Shown: piece after piece, positions 34,744-44,785 of the stretch | How the letters are laid out: the number at the start of each line of letters is the position of its first letter | Position numbering within the stretch: position 1 is the stretch's first letter | NCBI GenBank assembly: GCA_015229165.1 | Contig: JADGCD010000001.1 | Coordinates: 1 to 48,456, forward strand | DNA length: 48,456 nucleotides | Origin: Nitrospinota bacterium | Lineage (GTDB): Bacteria; Nitrospinota_A; UBA7883; JADGGD01 | Direction: 5' to 3' | Notes under the pieces: model-generated | Told to the model about the DNA's origin: nothing | Database searches by the model: none | The model's input: the letters and a program-made list of their open reading frames with translations, nothing else | Program-made: the position numbers and the translations under genes

Positions 34744-36405
34744 ATGAAAGAGGACGTCGCACAGAAGGTCGGCCAGGCGGTGGCCGAAGCCGTCGCCGAG
34801 GCGGGTTTGCACGAATCGTTTGACGGGTCGATCGAAATTCTCCTGCCCAAAGAGGAACGGTTCGGCGATTTCTCAACCAATGTAGCCATGATCCTCGCCG
34901 CGCGGCTCAAAAAGAACCCCCGCCAGATCGCCGACGCGATCGTCGCCCGCCTGGCGGCCGATCCGCTGTTCACCGAGGCGTCGGTCGCCGGTCCCGGCTT
35001 CATCAACCTGCGGGTCGCCCCTGCCGCCTGGATCGCCCGACTGGGCGACCTGAGCCGGGCGGGAGAGACCTGGGGCCGCTCCGCCGCCGGAGGGGGCGAG
35101 AAGGTCATGGTCGAGTTCGTCTCCGCCAACCCCACCGGCCCCTTGCATATCGGCCACGGACGGGGCGCCGCCGTGGGGGACGCCATCGCCCGGATTCTCT
35201 CCGCCGCCGGATACGATGTCACCGCAGAATATTATATCAACGACGTCGGGCTCCAGATGGACAACCTTGGGCGCAGCCTTCTGGTTCGGGCCCGGGAGTT
35301 GACCGGACGCCCCGTGGAGGAGGAGCCGACGTACAAGGGGGACTATCTCAAGGAGACCGCCCGCGCCTTCCTTGAAGAGAAGGGAGCGGAACTGCTTGAC
35401 CTCCCCGCCGACGAGCTCCTGCCGGTGGCCCGCGATTATGCCGCCATCTCCATCATGGACGGCATCAAGGAGGATCTGGCCGATTTCCGCGTCCGGTTCG
35501 ACACCTGGTTCTCCGAAGCGACCCTGCACGCCGCCGACGAGGTGGAGCGGACCATCGAAGCGTTTCAGGCGGCAGGCCGCCTCTACGAACATGAGGGCGC
35601 CCTCTGGCTCAAGACCGCCGATTATGGCGACGAGAAGGACCGGGTCGTCCGCCGGGGAAACGGCGGCCCCACCACCTATCTGGCGGCCGACATGGCCTAC
35701 CACAAGAACAAGTTCGACCGGGGTTTCACCACCGTGGTCGATATCTGGGGCGCCGACCACCACGGCTACATCCCCCGGATGAAGGCGGTCATCGGCGGCT
35801 TGGGTCACGATCCCGAGGCGCTGAAGGTGTTGCTGGTGCAAATCGTCAACCTGAAGCGGGGGGGGGAGCTGGTGGCCATGTCGACCCGGTCCGGCGTCTT
35901 CACCACCCTCCGGGAGATCATGGACGAAGTCGGCGTCGACGCCACCCGGTTCTTTTTTCTCATGCGCTCCTCCGACAGCCAGCTCGACTTCGACGTCGAT
36001 CTGGCCAAGTCCCAGTCCGACGAAAACCCGGTCTACTATGTCCAGTACGCACACGCCCGCTGCGCCAACATCTTTCGCAAGGCGGCGGAGGAAAGGGTGC
36101 AACCGGTCCCCTTCGACCAGATCGACCCGGCGTTCCTGGATGAGGAAGACGCTCTGCGCCTGATCCGCAAGCTTGCCTCCTTTCCCGAGCAGGTCGTCTC
36201 GGCGGCCCGCCATTTCGCACCCTGGTTCATCACCCAGTACCTGATGGAGACCGCCACCCTCTTCCACCGGTTCTACAAGAACCACCGGGTCGTCACCGAA
36301 AATATTCCCCAGTCGCAGGCCCGTCTGGCGCTGGTTTCGGCGGTTCGGACGACCCTTGCCAACGGACTGGGGCTCCTTGGCATCACCGCCCCCGACAGGA
36401 TGTGA
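34744..36405 (+). CDS. argS: Arginine--tRNA ligase
   Basis: SANPTGPLHIGHGRGAAVGD (HIGH), and a C-terminal DALR anticodon-binding region ending in ...RM. 553 aa. Confidence 0.93.
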   Translation: MKEDVAQKVGQAVAEAVAEAGLHESFDGSIEILLPKEERFGDFSTNVAMILAARLKKNPRQIADAIVARLAADPLFTEASVAGPGFINLRVAPAAWIARLGDLSRAGETWGRSAAGGGEKVMVEFVSANPTGPLHIGHGRGAAVGDAIARILSAAGYDVTAEYYINDVGLQMDNLGRSLLVRARELTGRPVEEEPTYKGDYLKETARAFLEEKGAELLDLPADELLPVARDYAAISIMDGIKEDLADFRVRFDTWFSEATLHAADEVERTIEAFQAAGRLYEHEGALWLKTADYGDEKDRVVRRGNGGPTTYLAADMAYHKNKFDRGFTTVVDIWGADHHGYIPRMKAVIGGLGHDPEALKVLLVQIVNLKRGGELVAMSTRSGVFTTLREIMDEVGVDATRFFFLMRSSDSQLDFDVDLAKSQSDENPVYYVQYAHARCANIFRKAAEERVQPVPFDQIDPAFLDEEDALRLIRKLASFPEQVVSAARHFAPWFITQYLMETATLFHRFYKNHRVVTENIPQSQARLALVSAVRTTLANGLGLLGITAPDRM

Positions 36406-36408
36406 CCG

Positions 36409-37221
36409 ATGGTTGAACAGCACCGCCGCAGCCGTCCCGAGAAAAGCCCCTCCAACGAGCCGTCCGGCCCCAGCAAGGCGACGCTCCTGATGGTTAGCGT
36501 CCTCCTTGTGGGGCTCCTCTCCTTCGTCCTCGGCTACCTTACCCGCGGTTCGTCCGACGAAGCCCCCACCGAGGGGAAGGAAGAGGCGCGGCTGGTGATG
36601 GACACCCAGGCGACCACCCTCGACTCGGCCCACATTCTGGAAGCCACCGGCGCCGCCGCGCCGACCACGACCCCCACCCCGGAATTTCTCTTCCCCAAGA
36701 CCCTTTCGGAGGAAACCGCCGACCAGGCGCCCGTGCCACGGTCGGACGCCCCTCCCGCACCGCCGGTTCCCACCGCCGCCATGACCGTCACCCCCACTCC
36801 GCCGCCGACGGTCGTCCCTACTCCCACGCCGACTCCGGCCCCCGTCCGGAAGGAGTCAAAACCGGCGGTCAAAGCAAAACCGGCGTCCCAAGCCGAAGCA
36901 AAGAAGCCTCCCGTGGCCAAGTCCGCCACGGTCCCCACTGCGGCGCCAAAAGAAGTGGTCAAGACCAAGGACGCTCCCGGCGCCGTCTACTCGATTCAGG
37001 TCGCCGCCATCAGCGACCGGAACGAAGCGGCCAAATTGCGCATCCAACTGGGCAACAAAGGGTACCCGGCCTATGTGGTCCCTTTCACCAAAGGGGGGAG
37101 CGCCTACTACCGGGTCCGGGTCGGACCTTTCAGCAACCGGGAGGCGGCCGTGCGCGAGGCGGAAAAGCTGAAAACCCGGGACGGTTACACGAACACGCTG
37201 ATCGGCGTCGATCAGCGATAA
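36409..37221 (+). CDS. SPOR-domain (septal peptidoglycan-binding) membrane protein
   Basis: N-terminal TM helix, a Pro/Thr/Ala-rich linker, and a C-terminal SPOR domain (YSIQVAAISDRNEAAKLRIQLGNKGYPAYVVP...YYRVRVGPFSNREAA). Confidence 0.85.
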   Translation: MVEQHRRSRPEKSPSNEPSGPSKATLLMVSVLLVGLLSFVLGYLTRGSSDEAPTEGKEEARLVMDTQATTLDSAHILEATGAAAPTTTPTPEFLFPKTLSEETADQAPVPRSDAPPAPPVPTAAMTVTPTPPPTVVPTPTPTPAPVRKESKPAVKAKPASQAEAKKPPVAKSATVPTAAPKEVVKTKDAPGAVYSIQVAAISDRNEAAKLRIQLGNKGYPAYVVPFTKGGSAYYRVRVGPFSNREAAVREAEKLKTRDGYTNTLIGVDQR

Positions 37222-37239
37222 CGGTGGCAGGAGTATCCC

Positions 37240-37734
37240 ATGCTGACCTTTGTCAAATATGTCCATCTTCTCTCGCTGGTGACCTGGCTCGGGTCGATGA
37301 TCTTCTTCTCGTTTGTGGCGGCGCCGTCGATCTTCAAGGAATTCGAGCGTAAGCAGGCCGGCGATATCGTCGGCGCCCTGTTCCCGAAATATTTCCTGCT
37401 TGAAGAAATCTGCGTGGTGGCGTCGGCGGGTACCCTCCTCCTTCTCGGCGCCAAGGTCGGCTTCGGCGGAGGGGTAAAGGTCGGGCTGGTGTTGCTCGCC
37501 CTCATGGGGGGGATGGTCTTCTACTCCGGCATGGTCAACGGCCCCCGCGCCCGGGAGGTCAAGATCGAGATCCGCGCCGCCGAAGGGGACGAAGCCAAGG
37601 TGGCTGCGCTCCGGAAAGAGTTCGGCAGACTCCACGGCGTATCGGTGATCGTCAATCTGGCCATACTGGCTCTTGGATTGGGTCTGCTCTACGTCGCCCT
37701 TGGCTATCTTTCACTGCTTCCGAAGATCGCCTGA
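37240..37734 (+). CDS. DUF4149-like membrane protein
   Basis: Four TM helices, with an opening HLLSLVTWLGSMIFFSFVAAPSIF resembling DUF4149/TMEM205-like proteins. Confidence 0.65.
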   Translation: MLTFVKYVHLLSLVTWLGSMIFFSFVAAPSIFKEFERKQAGDIVGALFPKYFLLEEICVVASAGTLLLLGAKVGFGGGVKVGLVLLALMGGMVFYSGMVNGPRAREVKIEIRAAEGDEAKVAALRKEFGRLHGVSVIVNLAILALGLGLLYVALGYLSLLPKIA

Positions 37735-37757
37735 AACGTTCCCACAGGAGAAGCGCG

Positions 37758-39008
37758 ATGCGACCCTCTCATCCCGCCGAAAGCGACGCCCCTTCGCGGG
37801 AGGCGTTGCTGGACGACATCGCCGAGGCGCTTGCCTCTCTAAACGGGGGCGCCCTTCCGCTGGAGAAACGGCTCGACCTCCTCTTGCGCCAGACCCTTTC
37901 GGCCCTCGGCGCCGAACGGGGGTCCATCATGCTTCTGGAGGGGGATCGTCTGGTCGTCCGGGCGGCCACCGATCCTGCGCTGATCGGCGTCGGGCGCACG
38001 CTTGACGAAAGCGCCGTATCGGCCACCGCCCTGCGGGAGCGGAGGGCGCTCCTCATCGGCAAGATCGACGAAGAGAGCAGGGAGATCGATTTCTACACCG
38101 ACGGCCGCTACAAGACCGCCACCCTGTTGACCCTGCCGATCCTCTTCCAAGACGAGCCGTTGGGAGTCATCAACGTCACCGACAAGGTAAGCCGCCGCTC
38201 CTTCCGCAAGAGCGACGAAACAATCCTCTCCATGTTCGCCGGGATGACCCTTGCCGCCCTCATGGGGAAAGAGGCCCGTGAGCAACGGGACGCCCTGGCC
38301 CGCGCCAACGAAGAGCTGACCCGGATGCAGGCCTTCAGGGAGCAGTTGATCTCCATGATCGTCCACGACCTGAAAGGGCCGACCGGCGAGATCATCGCCA
38401 ACCTGAACATGCTGGCCGACGCTCCGCTGGACGAGTTCGGCAAAGAGCTATTGGACAACTCCACCGCCGCCGGAGAGAGCCTGCTCCGGATGATCATGAA
38501 CATTCTCGACGTCGGCAAGATGGAAGAGGGACGCTTCGTTCTCAACCGGTCGGTGGTCGAACTGACCCCCTTCCTCTCCGACGCTGCACGCCGTCTTGCC
38601 CTCATGGCCCGGCGGGAGGAAAAGCAGGTCGACACCCGTCTGCCCGACGCCCCCCTCACGGCGCTGATCGACCGGCAGGTAGTCGAACGGGTTCTCTGGA
38701 ACCTTCTTTCCAACGCCAACAACCACACCGGTTCCGGGGACCGGATCACCCTTTCGGCGGAAGGGGACGAGCGGACCGTCGTCTTCCGGGTGAGCGACAG
38801 CGGCGCCGGAATCGAAGCCGACGACCTCCCCCACCTCTTCGACCGCTACTACCGGGGAAAAGGCTCCGGTCGCTACAGCGTCGGGCTGGGGCTTGCCTTC
38901 TGCCAGATGGCGGTGGAGGCCCACGGCGGAAGCATCACCGTCGAGAGCCGCCGGGGAGAAGGGGCCACCTTCATCGTCACCCTTCCGTCCAACCCGGATC
39001 ATCCGTGA
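37758..39008 (+). CDS. Cytoplasmic GAF-domain sensor histidine kinase
   Basis: GAF-like N-terminus, H-box ISMIVHDLKGPTGEI, N/G boxes (LLSNANNHT, DSGAGI, GLGLAFC). No TM segment and no adjacent response regulator. Confidence 0.88.
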   Translation: MRPSHPAESDAPSREALLDDIAEALASLNGGALPLEKRLDLLLRQTLSALGAERGSIMLLEGDRLVVRAATDPALIGVGRTLDESAVSATALRERRALLIGKIDEESREIDFYTDGRYKTATLLTLPILFQDEPLGVINVTDKVSRRSFRKSDETILSMFAGMTLAALMGKEAREQRDALARANEELTRMQAFREQLISMIVHDLKGPTGEIIANLNMLADAPLDEFGKELLDNSTAAGESLLRMIMNILDVGKMEEGRFVLNRSVVELTPFLSDAARRLALMARREEKQVDTRLPDAPLTALIDRQVVERVLWNLLSNANNHTGSGDRITLSAEGDERTVVFRVSDSGAGIEADDLPHLFDRYYRGKGSGRYSVGLGLAFCQMAVEAHGGSITVESRRGEGATFIVTLPSNPDHP

Positions 39009-39439
39009 CCTTGACCCCGTTTCTCGCCGAAAGCCCCGACGCCACATTCCGGGCGGGGAGGGAACTGGGCGCCCGCCTTCGCGGGGGGGAGACCCTCCTC
39101 CTTGTCGGACCGCTGGGCGCCGGGAAAACCACCTTCACACAGGGGCTCTGCCGGGGGCTTGGCCTCGACGAACGCACGCCGGTCCGCTCCCCCTCCTTCG
39201 CCCTCGTAAACGAGTACCGTGGGGGACGGTTACCCATCCGCCACGCCGATCTCTATCGGCTGGACGACCCCGGCGAGATGGCCGATCTGGGGCTCTTCGA
39301 CGAGACCGACGACACGGTCGTCATCGTCGAGTGGGCCGACCGGCTCGGCGTCCCCCCGGGGGGAAAGCTGATCCGGGTCCACATCGCCATCGGCGAAGGG
39401 GAAGGACGCATTATCACCATCGACGAAGGGGACGCATGA
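39005..39439 (+). CDS. tsaE: tRNA t6A37 biosynthesis ATPase TsaE
   Basis: LLLVGPLGAGKTTFTQG, SPSFALVNEY, HADLYRL. The GTG start overlaps the kinase stop as GTGA. Confidence 0.88.
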   Translation: MTLTPFLAESPDATFRAGRELGARLRGGETLLLVGPLGAGKTTFTQGLCRGLGLDERTPVRSPSFALVNEYRGGRLPIRHADLYRLDDPGEMADLGLFDETDDTVVIVEWADRLGVPPGGKLIRVHIAIGEGEGRIITIDEGDA

Positions 39440-39993
39440 GAGCCCTTCTGCTGGCCCTGATCGCCGGAGTGGCCGGATTCACCCTCTGGTGGCTTCTTGC
39501 CAACGGCCCCGAGGAGACACCCGACGGGCCCGGTATCCCGGCGCCGGTCCAAAACGGCGCGGGGGGGATCTCGCTGGGGGAGATCCGGATTGTCGAGCGG
39601 CGGGAGAGCCGCATCCTGTTCGAATTGATGGCAAGCTCCGCCTCCATCAGCGATGATCAGACCGACGCCTCGCTCTTCATGTTTTCCCTGCTCGCCTACC
39701 CCGAGGGGGGGGAGCCGCTTACGATCGTGGCCAATGTGGGGGAGCTGCGCAACAACCGCACCGAAATCGCCGCCAAAGGAAACGTCCTCGTCACCGACGG
39801 GCAGGGGCGGGCGTTACTGACCGAGTCGATGGTCATGTATGGCCGGGGGGAGCGGTTCGAGACCGATGACCGGGTTCGGGCGCTCGGTCCCAACTTTGTC
39901 ATCACCGGCGTCGGTATGGTGGCGTATCCGGCCAGGAAAACAGTAGAATTGAAGTCCGACGTTACAGCAGTCTTCATGCCGGAGAATCAATGA
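39436..39993 (+). CDS. lptC: LPS export system protein LptC
   Basis: N-terminal anchor helix plus a beta-jellyroll-like region. It sits immediately upstream of lptA-lptB and is ATGA-coupled on both sides. It is the C-terminal half of track ORF 38893-39993. Confidence 0.72.
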   Translation: MRALLLALIAGVAGFTLWWLLANGPEETPDGPGIPAPVQNGAGGISLGEIRIVERRESRILFELMASSASISDDQTDASLFMFSLLAYPEGGEPLTIVANVGELRNNRTEIAAKGNVLVTDGQGRALLTESMVMYGRGERFETDDRVRALGPNFVITGVGMVAYPARKTVELKSDVTAVFMPENQ

Positions 39994-40865
39994 ACCGTCT
40001 CGCCCGCCTCCTGACTGGCCTCGGGCTGGCCGTGTTGTCGCTCTCCGGAGTTCCCGCCCACGCCGTCGGTGCGACCCATAACGACACGGCGTCGCTGGTG
40101 GACGCCGACGACGAAAAGGCCCCGCTCAAAGTCACCGCCGACCGGATGGTCTCCGACCGGGAGAAGGGGGTCATCGAGTTCACCGGCTCGGTTGACGCCG
40201 TCAAGGGAAGCCTTCGGGTGGTGGCCGACAAGATCCTGGTCTTCGCCGACGACGACGGGAGCGACTTCACCCAGATCAGGGCCACCGGGTCGGTACGGAT
40301 CACCAAGGGAAACAAGGTCGCCACCGGCGAACAGGCTGACTATTTCCGTGAACGCAAAACCATCATCCTGACCGGCGCCCCCACCCTCGACGACGGCAAG
40401 AGCGTCGCCACCGGCGAAAAAGTGGTCTACAACTTCCTCACCGAAGAGATGACCCTGCTGGGGGGGACCGGGGTCGGCGGACAGAACGGTCGGGCCACCG
40501 TCACCCTGTTCGCCACCAAGGACAACCAGATCGTGCCGGGGCCGACGCCCCCTCCCCCGTCACCGAAGCCGACTCCGGCGCCGGTGGCGGTCAAACCGGC
40601 GCCCCCGGTGGCTTTGACGCCGGGCTATACCGTTCAGGTGGCCGCCTTGCGGGACAAGGCGCAGGCCCGGCGGTTCGTCGACCGGCTATTGTCCAAGGGA
40701 TATGACGCCCGTCTCCTCACCGACCAGAGCCGGGGGACCGCCGTTCACCGGATTCGGGTGGGACGATTCGCCACCGAAAGCGAGGCACGGATGATGAGGG
40801 AGCGGCTGCTGGCCGAAGAAGGGATCGAAGGGCTCACCCTCCGCTGCGAGAACGGCTGTGATTAA
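39990..40865 (+). CDS. lptA: LptA (OstA-like periplasmic LPS transport protein) fused to a C-terminal SPOR domain
   Basis: Signal peptide and OstA_N-like repeats ([11 protein letters not shown]...[23 protein letters not shown]...ATG..ADYF...IILTG). These are followed by a Pro-rich linker and SPOR ([30 protein letters not shown]...[14 protein letters not shown]). Confidence 0.8.
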   Translation: MNRLARLLTGLGLAVLSLSGVPAHAVGATHNDTASLVDADDEKAPLKVTADRMVSDREKGVIEFTGSVDAVKGSLRVVADKILVFADDDGSDFTQIRATGSVRITKGNKVATGEQADYFRERKTIILTGAPTLDDGKSVATGEKVVYNFLTEEMTLLGGTGVGGQNGRATVTLFATKDNQIVPGPTPPPPSPKPTPAPVAVKPAPPVALTPGYTVQVAALRDKAQARRFVDRLLSKGYDARLLTDQSRGTAVHRIRVGRFATESEARMMRERLLAEEGIEGLTLRCENGCD

Positions 40866-41586
40866 AACCCTCAGAGCGGAAGACATTTCCAAGAGCTACA
40901 AAGGACGGACCGTCGTCAATCAAGTCTCCTTCGCCATGACCAACCGGGACATCGTGGGGCTGCTCGGCCCCAACGGCGCCGGGAAGACCACCACGTTTTA
41001 CATGGTCGTCGGCCTTACCCCCTGCGACCGGGGAGGGGTCTATCTGGACGATCTGGACATCACCCATCACGCCATGTACCAGCGCGCCCGGATCGGCATC
41101 GGCTATCTGCCGCAGGAAGCCTCCATCTTCCGCAAGTTGACGGTCATGGAGAACCTCCTCGCCATTCTTGAGACCATGCCGCTGACCCGTTTCGAGCGGG
41201 AGACCCGTGCGAAGCAGTTGCTGGACGAATTCGGCATTCTTCACTTGGCCGACAACAAGGCCATGGCCCTCTCCGGCGGCGAACGGCGGCGGCTGGAGAT
41301 CGCCCGCACTCTCTCCACCGAACCATCCTTTGTCCTGCTCGACGAACCGTTCGCTGGAATCGACCCGATCGCCGTGGCCGACATCCAGAGCCTGGTGCTG
41401 GCCCTGCGGGAGCGGGGTATTGGCATTCTTATCACCGACCACAACGTCCGGGACACCCTGGGCATCTGCGACCGGGCGTACATTCTCAGCGCGGGGAGCA
41501 TTATCGAGGAAGGAACCCCCGAGATGATCGCCTCCTCGGAACGGGCCAGAAATATCTACCTTGGCGAGAATTTTACGTTAAAATGA
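40858..41586 (+). CDS. lptB: LPS export ABC transporter ATP-binding protein LptB
   Basis: [40 protein letters not shown]. 242 aa with a GTG start overlapping the lptA end. Confidence 0.92.
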   Translation: MIKTLRAEDISKSYKGRTVVNQVSFAMTNRDIVGLLGPNGAGKTTTFYMVVGLTPCDRGGVYLDDLDITHHAMYQRARIGIGYLPQEASIFRKLTVMENLLAILETMPLTRFERETRAKQLLDEFGILHLADNKAMALSGGERRRLEIARTLSTEPSFVLLDEPFAGIDPIAVADIQSLVLALRERGIGILITDHNVRDTLGICDRAYILSAGSIIEEGTPEMIASSERARNIYLGENFTLK

Positions 41587-41636
41587 GCTTGCAAGGATCG
41601 TGCGAACCATAATTAGCGAAGGATAGTACCGGCCCC

Positions 41637-43163
41637 ATGGGTATGGAAATGAAGTTGCAGATGCGCTTGTCGCAGCGTCTGGTCATGACGCCGATGTTGC
41701 AACAGGCCATAAAGCTCCTTCCCATGACGCGGCTCGAACTTGTTCAGGCCATTCGGCAGGAACTGGAAGAAAATCCGATGCTTGACGAGCTTCTGGAAGA
41801 TGACCAGGAGCAGGACGCCGAACGGGAAGAGCGGGACGACCAGGACGACGAGTCCGACCCGGGGGACAACATGGTCGATACCCTCGACCGGCAGGACGGC
41901 GTCACCACCGACCCACCCGAGACAAAGTTCGAAGAAGACTCATCTCTCGGTGACAAGAACGACACCGACACCCGCGACGAAATCGATTGGGACGCCTATT
42001 CCCAAGAAGATCTCTACGAAGGGGGAACCGGTGAGGGGTACGAAGAGCGCCCCTCCCTCGACAACACCCTCAAGCAGGGAGAAGGGCTCGAAAGCCATCT
42101 GATGTGGCAACTTTCCTACTCGGCCGTCACCGACGAGGAGCGCCGTCTGGGGGAGATCATCATCGGCAACCTGAACGACGAAGGGTATCTGGCCTCCGAC
42201 CTTGCGTCGCTCGCCGACGCCGCCGGAGTCTCCACCGAAGCGATGGAGGATGCCCTCATCCTCGTCCAAAGCTTTGATCCTGCTGGGGTGGCAGCCCGCG
42301 ACCTGAAGGAATGCCTCCTGATCCAGGTCATCGCCAACGGCTTCAAAGGCTCCATCGTCCACGAGCTGGTCCGGGACCACCTGGAGCATCTGGATGAGCG
42401 CAACTTCCCCAAGTTGGCGAAACAACTGGACTATGAGATCGACGACATCGTCGACGCCATCAGGACCATCCGGGAGTTCGATCCGAAACCGGGCCTCCCC
42501 TATTCCTCGGAAGCCCCCCACTACATCACGCCGGACCTCTTCGTGGTCAAAGTGGACGACGATTATCAGGTCTTCCTGAACGACGAGGGGATGCCCCGCC
42601 TCAGGATCAATCCGGTTTACCAGACGATTCTCAAGAACAAAGATACCCGCAGCGAAACCGAAAAACAGACCCGGGAGTACCTCGACAACAAATACCGCTC
42701 CGCGCTCTGGATGATCAAGTCGATCGAGCAACGCCGCCAGACCATGCTGAAAGTCGGGCGGTCCCTCTGCACGTTTCAGCGCGAATTCCTGGACAAGGGG
42801 ATCAACTACCTGAAGCCACTGATACTCAAAGACGTAGCCGACGATATCGGCATGCACGAGTCGACCATCTCCCGCGTCACGACCAACAAATACATTCACA
42901 CTCCCCAGGGACTGTTCGAGTTGAAGTTCTTCTTCCACTCGTCGGTCGGTTCCTATCTGGGGAACGACATGTCTTCGGTCCGGGTCAAGGAGATGATCAA
43001 ACAACTGGTCAAGGACGAGGATTCGGCAAAGCCTCTCACCGACGACCAGATTGTCGCCGCCCTCATGGCAAAGGATGTGAAAATCGCCCGCCGAACCGTG
43101 ACGAAGTATCGAAAAGAGTTGAATATCTCTTCCACTTCCAAACGCAGGAAGCTATACTTATAA
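41637..43163 (+). CDS. rpoN: RNA polymerase sigma-54 factor
   Basis: Region I LVMTPMLQQAIKLL, an acidic region II, and the RpoN box ARRTVTKYR near the C-terminus. Confidence 0.95.
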   Translation: MGMEMKLQMRLSQRLVMTPMLQQAIKLLPMTRLELVQAIRQELEENPMLDELLEDDQEQDAEREERDDQDDESDPGDNMVDTLDRQDGVTTDPPETKFEEDSSLGDKNDTDTRDEIDWDAYSQEDLYEGGTGEGYEERPSLDNTLKQGEGLESHLMWQLSYSAVTDEERRLGEIIIGNLNDEGYLASDLASLADAAGVSTEAMEDALILVQSFDPAGVAARDLKECLLIQVIANGFKGSIVHELVRDHLEHLDERNFPKLAKQLDYEIDDIVDAIRTIREFDPKPGLPYSSEAPHYITPDLFVVKVDDDYQVFLNDEGMPRLRINPVYQTILKNKDTRSETEKQTREYLDNKYRSALWMIKSIEQRRQTMLKVGRSLCTFQREFLDKGINYLKPLILKDVADDIGMHESTISRVTTNKYIHTPQGLFELKFFFHSSVGSYLGNDMSSVRVKEMIKQLVKDEDSAKPLTDDQIVAALMAKDVKIARRTVTKYRKELNISSTSKRRKLYL

Positions 43164-43169
43164 GCTTCC
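43147..43169 (+). other. Hairpin spanning the rpoN stop codon
   Basis: GGAAGCT-atacttata-AGCTTCC with 7-bp arms. The TAA stop (43161-43163) spans the loop/right-arm junction. Confidence 0.25.
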
Positions 43170-43189
43170 GATTCACAAGGGAGTTGATT

Positions 43190-43516
43190 ATGCAGATCAC
43201 CATCACCGGCCACAACATTGAAGTTACCCCGGCCTTGCGCGAGTACACGGAAGAAAAAGTCGCCCGCGTCCGCCGGTTCCTGAATACCACCCTCAGCGCC
43301 CACGTTATCCTGAAGGTGGAAAAGCTCGACCAGATCGCCGAGGTCTCCATCCACGCCAACGGCGCCGACCTGCACGGCACGCACAAGGACGAGAACATGT
43401 ACGCCGCCATCGACACGGTGATGGACAAGATTGACCGGCAGGCGAAGAAGATCAAGGGAAAAGGTGAAGCCAAGAAAAAAGGGGCGCCCTCGGCCTCCGA
43501 AGCTCTCGGCTCGTAA
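43190..43516 (+). CDS. hpf: Ribosome hibernation promoting factor (short HPF/YfiA type)
   Basis: MQITITGHNIEVTPALREYTEEKV...MYAAIDTVMDKIDRQ. GGGAG RBS before the ATG at 43190. Confidence 0.9.
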   Translation: MQITITGHNIEVTPALREYTEEKVARVRRFLNTTLSAHVILKVEKLDQIAEVSIHANGADLHGTHKDENMYAAIDTVMDKIDRQAKKIKGKGEAKKKGAPSASEALGS

Positions 43517-43546
43517 GACGGACCGGTTGCGCCGCCTGGCGGACGA

Positions 43547-44011
43547 ATGAGAATTCTCGATTTTCTCGCGCCTGAGAACGTGGTCGCCCCGCTGGCGGCC
43601 ACCGACAAGGAGGGGATCCTCCGGGAGCTGTGCGCCACCCTGACCCGCAACGGGGCGCTCGAAAATCCCGACATGGCGCTCGAGGCGGTCATGACCCGCG
43701 AGCGGCTCGGTTCCACCGGCATCGGCGAGCAGGTCGCCATCCCCCACGCCAAGACCCGGGGCGCCTCCCGCCTGGCGGGCGCATTCGGGTTGACCTCCGA
43801 CGAGGTCGATTACGATGCGGTCGACGACCAGCCGGTTCGGCTGGTCTTTCTGCTAGTCGCCGGGGAAGACGCCACCAGCGCCCACCTGAAGGCCCTCGCC
43901 CGCATCTCCCGCATGCTCAAAAACCGCTCGTTCCGGGACCGGGCGCGCGAAGCGACCTCCGCCGAGCAGCTCTTCGCCCTGGTGCGGGCCGAAGACGAGG
44001 CGCTGGGGTAA
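43547..44011 (+). CDS. ptsN: PTS EIIA-Ntr
   Basis: RERLGSTGIGEQVAIPHAK with the phosphorylatable His. 154 aa, in the canonical position after rpoN-hpf. Confidence 0.9.
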   Translation: MRILDFLAPENVVAPLAATDKEGILRELCATLTRNGALENPDMALEAVMTRERLGSTGIGEQVAIPHAKTRGASRLAGAFGLTSDEVDYDAVDDQPVRLVFLLVAGEDATSAHLKALARISRMLKNRSFRDRAREATSAEQLFALVRAEDEALG

Positions 44012-44024
44012 AGGAGAACGAACG

Positions 44025-44471
44025 ATGCCCGCTCCCTCCCACGACCGGCAGACCGGCTACCTGATCATCGCCCACGGCGCGTTGGCGCAGGAGTTTCTCG
44101 CCTCCCTTCGCTTTATCGCCGGCGGCGACGTCTGCCGCAACTTCCGGGCGGTGGCCATCGACCATGCCGTCGATGTCGACCGGGCCCGGGCGATGGTAGA
44201 CGAGGCGGTTCGGCAGATCGCCGGACCGGACGGAACCATCATTCTCACCGACCTCTTCGGCGGCGCCCCCTCCAACATCGCCCTCTCGCTTCCGGCCGGA
44301 ACGCCGGTCGAGATCGTCGCCGGAGTCAACCTCCCCATGCTCCTGAACGCGACCATTATCGACGACCGGCTCTCCCGCCTCGAGAAGGCCCAGCGCCTGA
44401 AGGCCTACGCCCAGAACAACATCTTCTTGGCCAGCGACGTTCTGGCGGGAAGAGCGGCCAAGAACGGATGA
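44025..44471 (+). CDS. PTS EIIA component, mannose/fructose family
   Basis: GYLIIAHGALAQEF (active His), LTDLFGGAPSN and IVAGVNLPMLL match the ManX N-terminal IIA domain. Confidence 0.8.
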   Translation: MPAPSHDRQTGYLIIAHGALAQEFLASLRFIAGGDVCRNFRAVAIDHAVDVDRARAMVDEAVRQIAGPDGTIILTDLFGGAPSNIALSLPAGTPVEIVAGVNLPMLLNATIIDDRLSRLEKAQRLKAYAQNNIFLASDVLAGRAAKNG

Positions 44472-44785
44472 CCACAGCGATCATGAGCGGCGACGCCCGG
44501 CAACGCGTGACCGTGGTCAACCCTTGGGGATTGCATGCCCGTAGCGCCATGCGGTTCGTCAAGGCCGCCCTCCCCTATAGCGCCTCCGTCACCGTTTCCT
44601 GCGACGGATTGGAGCCGGTCGATGGCAAGGAGGTCATGTCGTTGCTGACCCTTGGCGCCCCCTGTGGTTCGGTCCTGACCATAACCGCCTCCGGCGCCGA
44701 CGCCGACGCCGCCGTCGAAACCCTGGCCGGTCTCGTCGAGGACGGGTTCGGCGAGATGCGGCCCGAGAGGGACGAACGGCCATGA
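44468..44785 (+). CDS. ptsH: Phosphocarrier protein HPr/NPr
   Basis: NPWGLHARSAMRFV (His15 equivalent) and GKEVMSLLTLGA. ATGA-coupled on both sides. Confidence 0.85.
   Translation: MTTAIMSGDARQRVTVVNPWGLHARSAMRFVKAALPYSASVTVSCDGLEPVDGKEVMSLLTLGAPCGSVLTITASGADADAAVETLAGLVEDGFGEMRPERDERP

Noticed and set aside
34873-36633. 586-aa minus-strand ORF
   Set aside because: Antisense to argS, with the same GC-driven artefact pattern.
38893-39993. 366-aa ORF overlapping the kinase end and tsaE
   Set aside because: Only the C-terminal 185 codons (from ATG 39436) form the LptC-like protein. The N-terminal part is an alternative frame of the kinase and tsaE genes.
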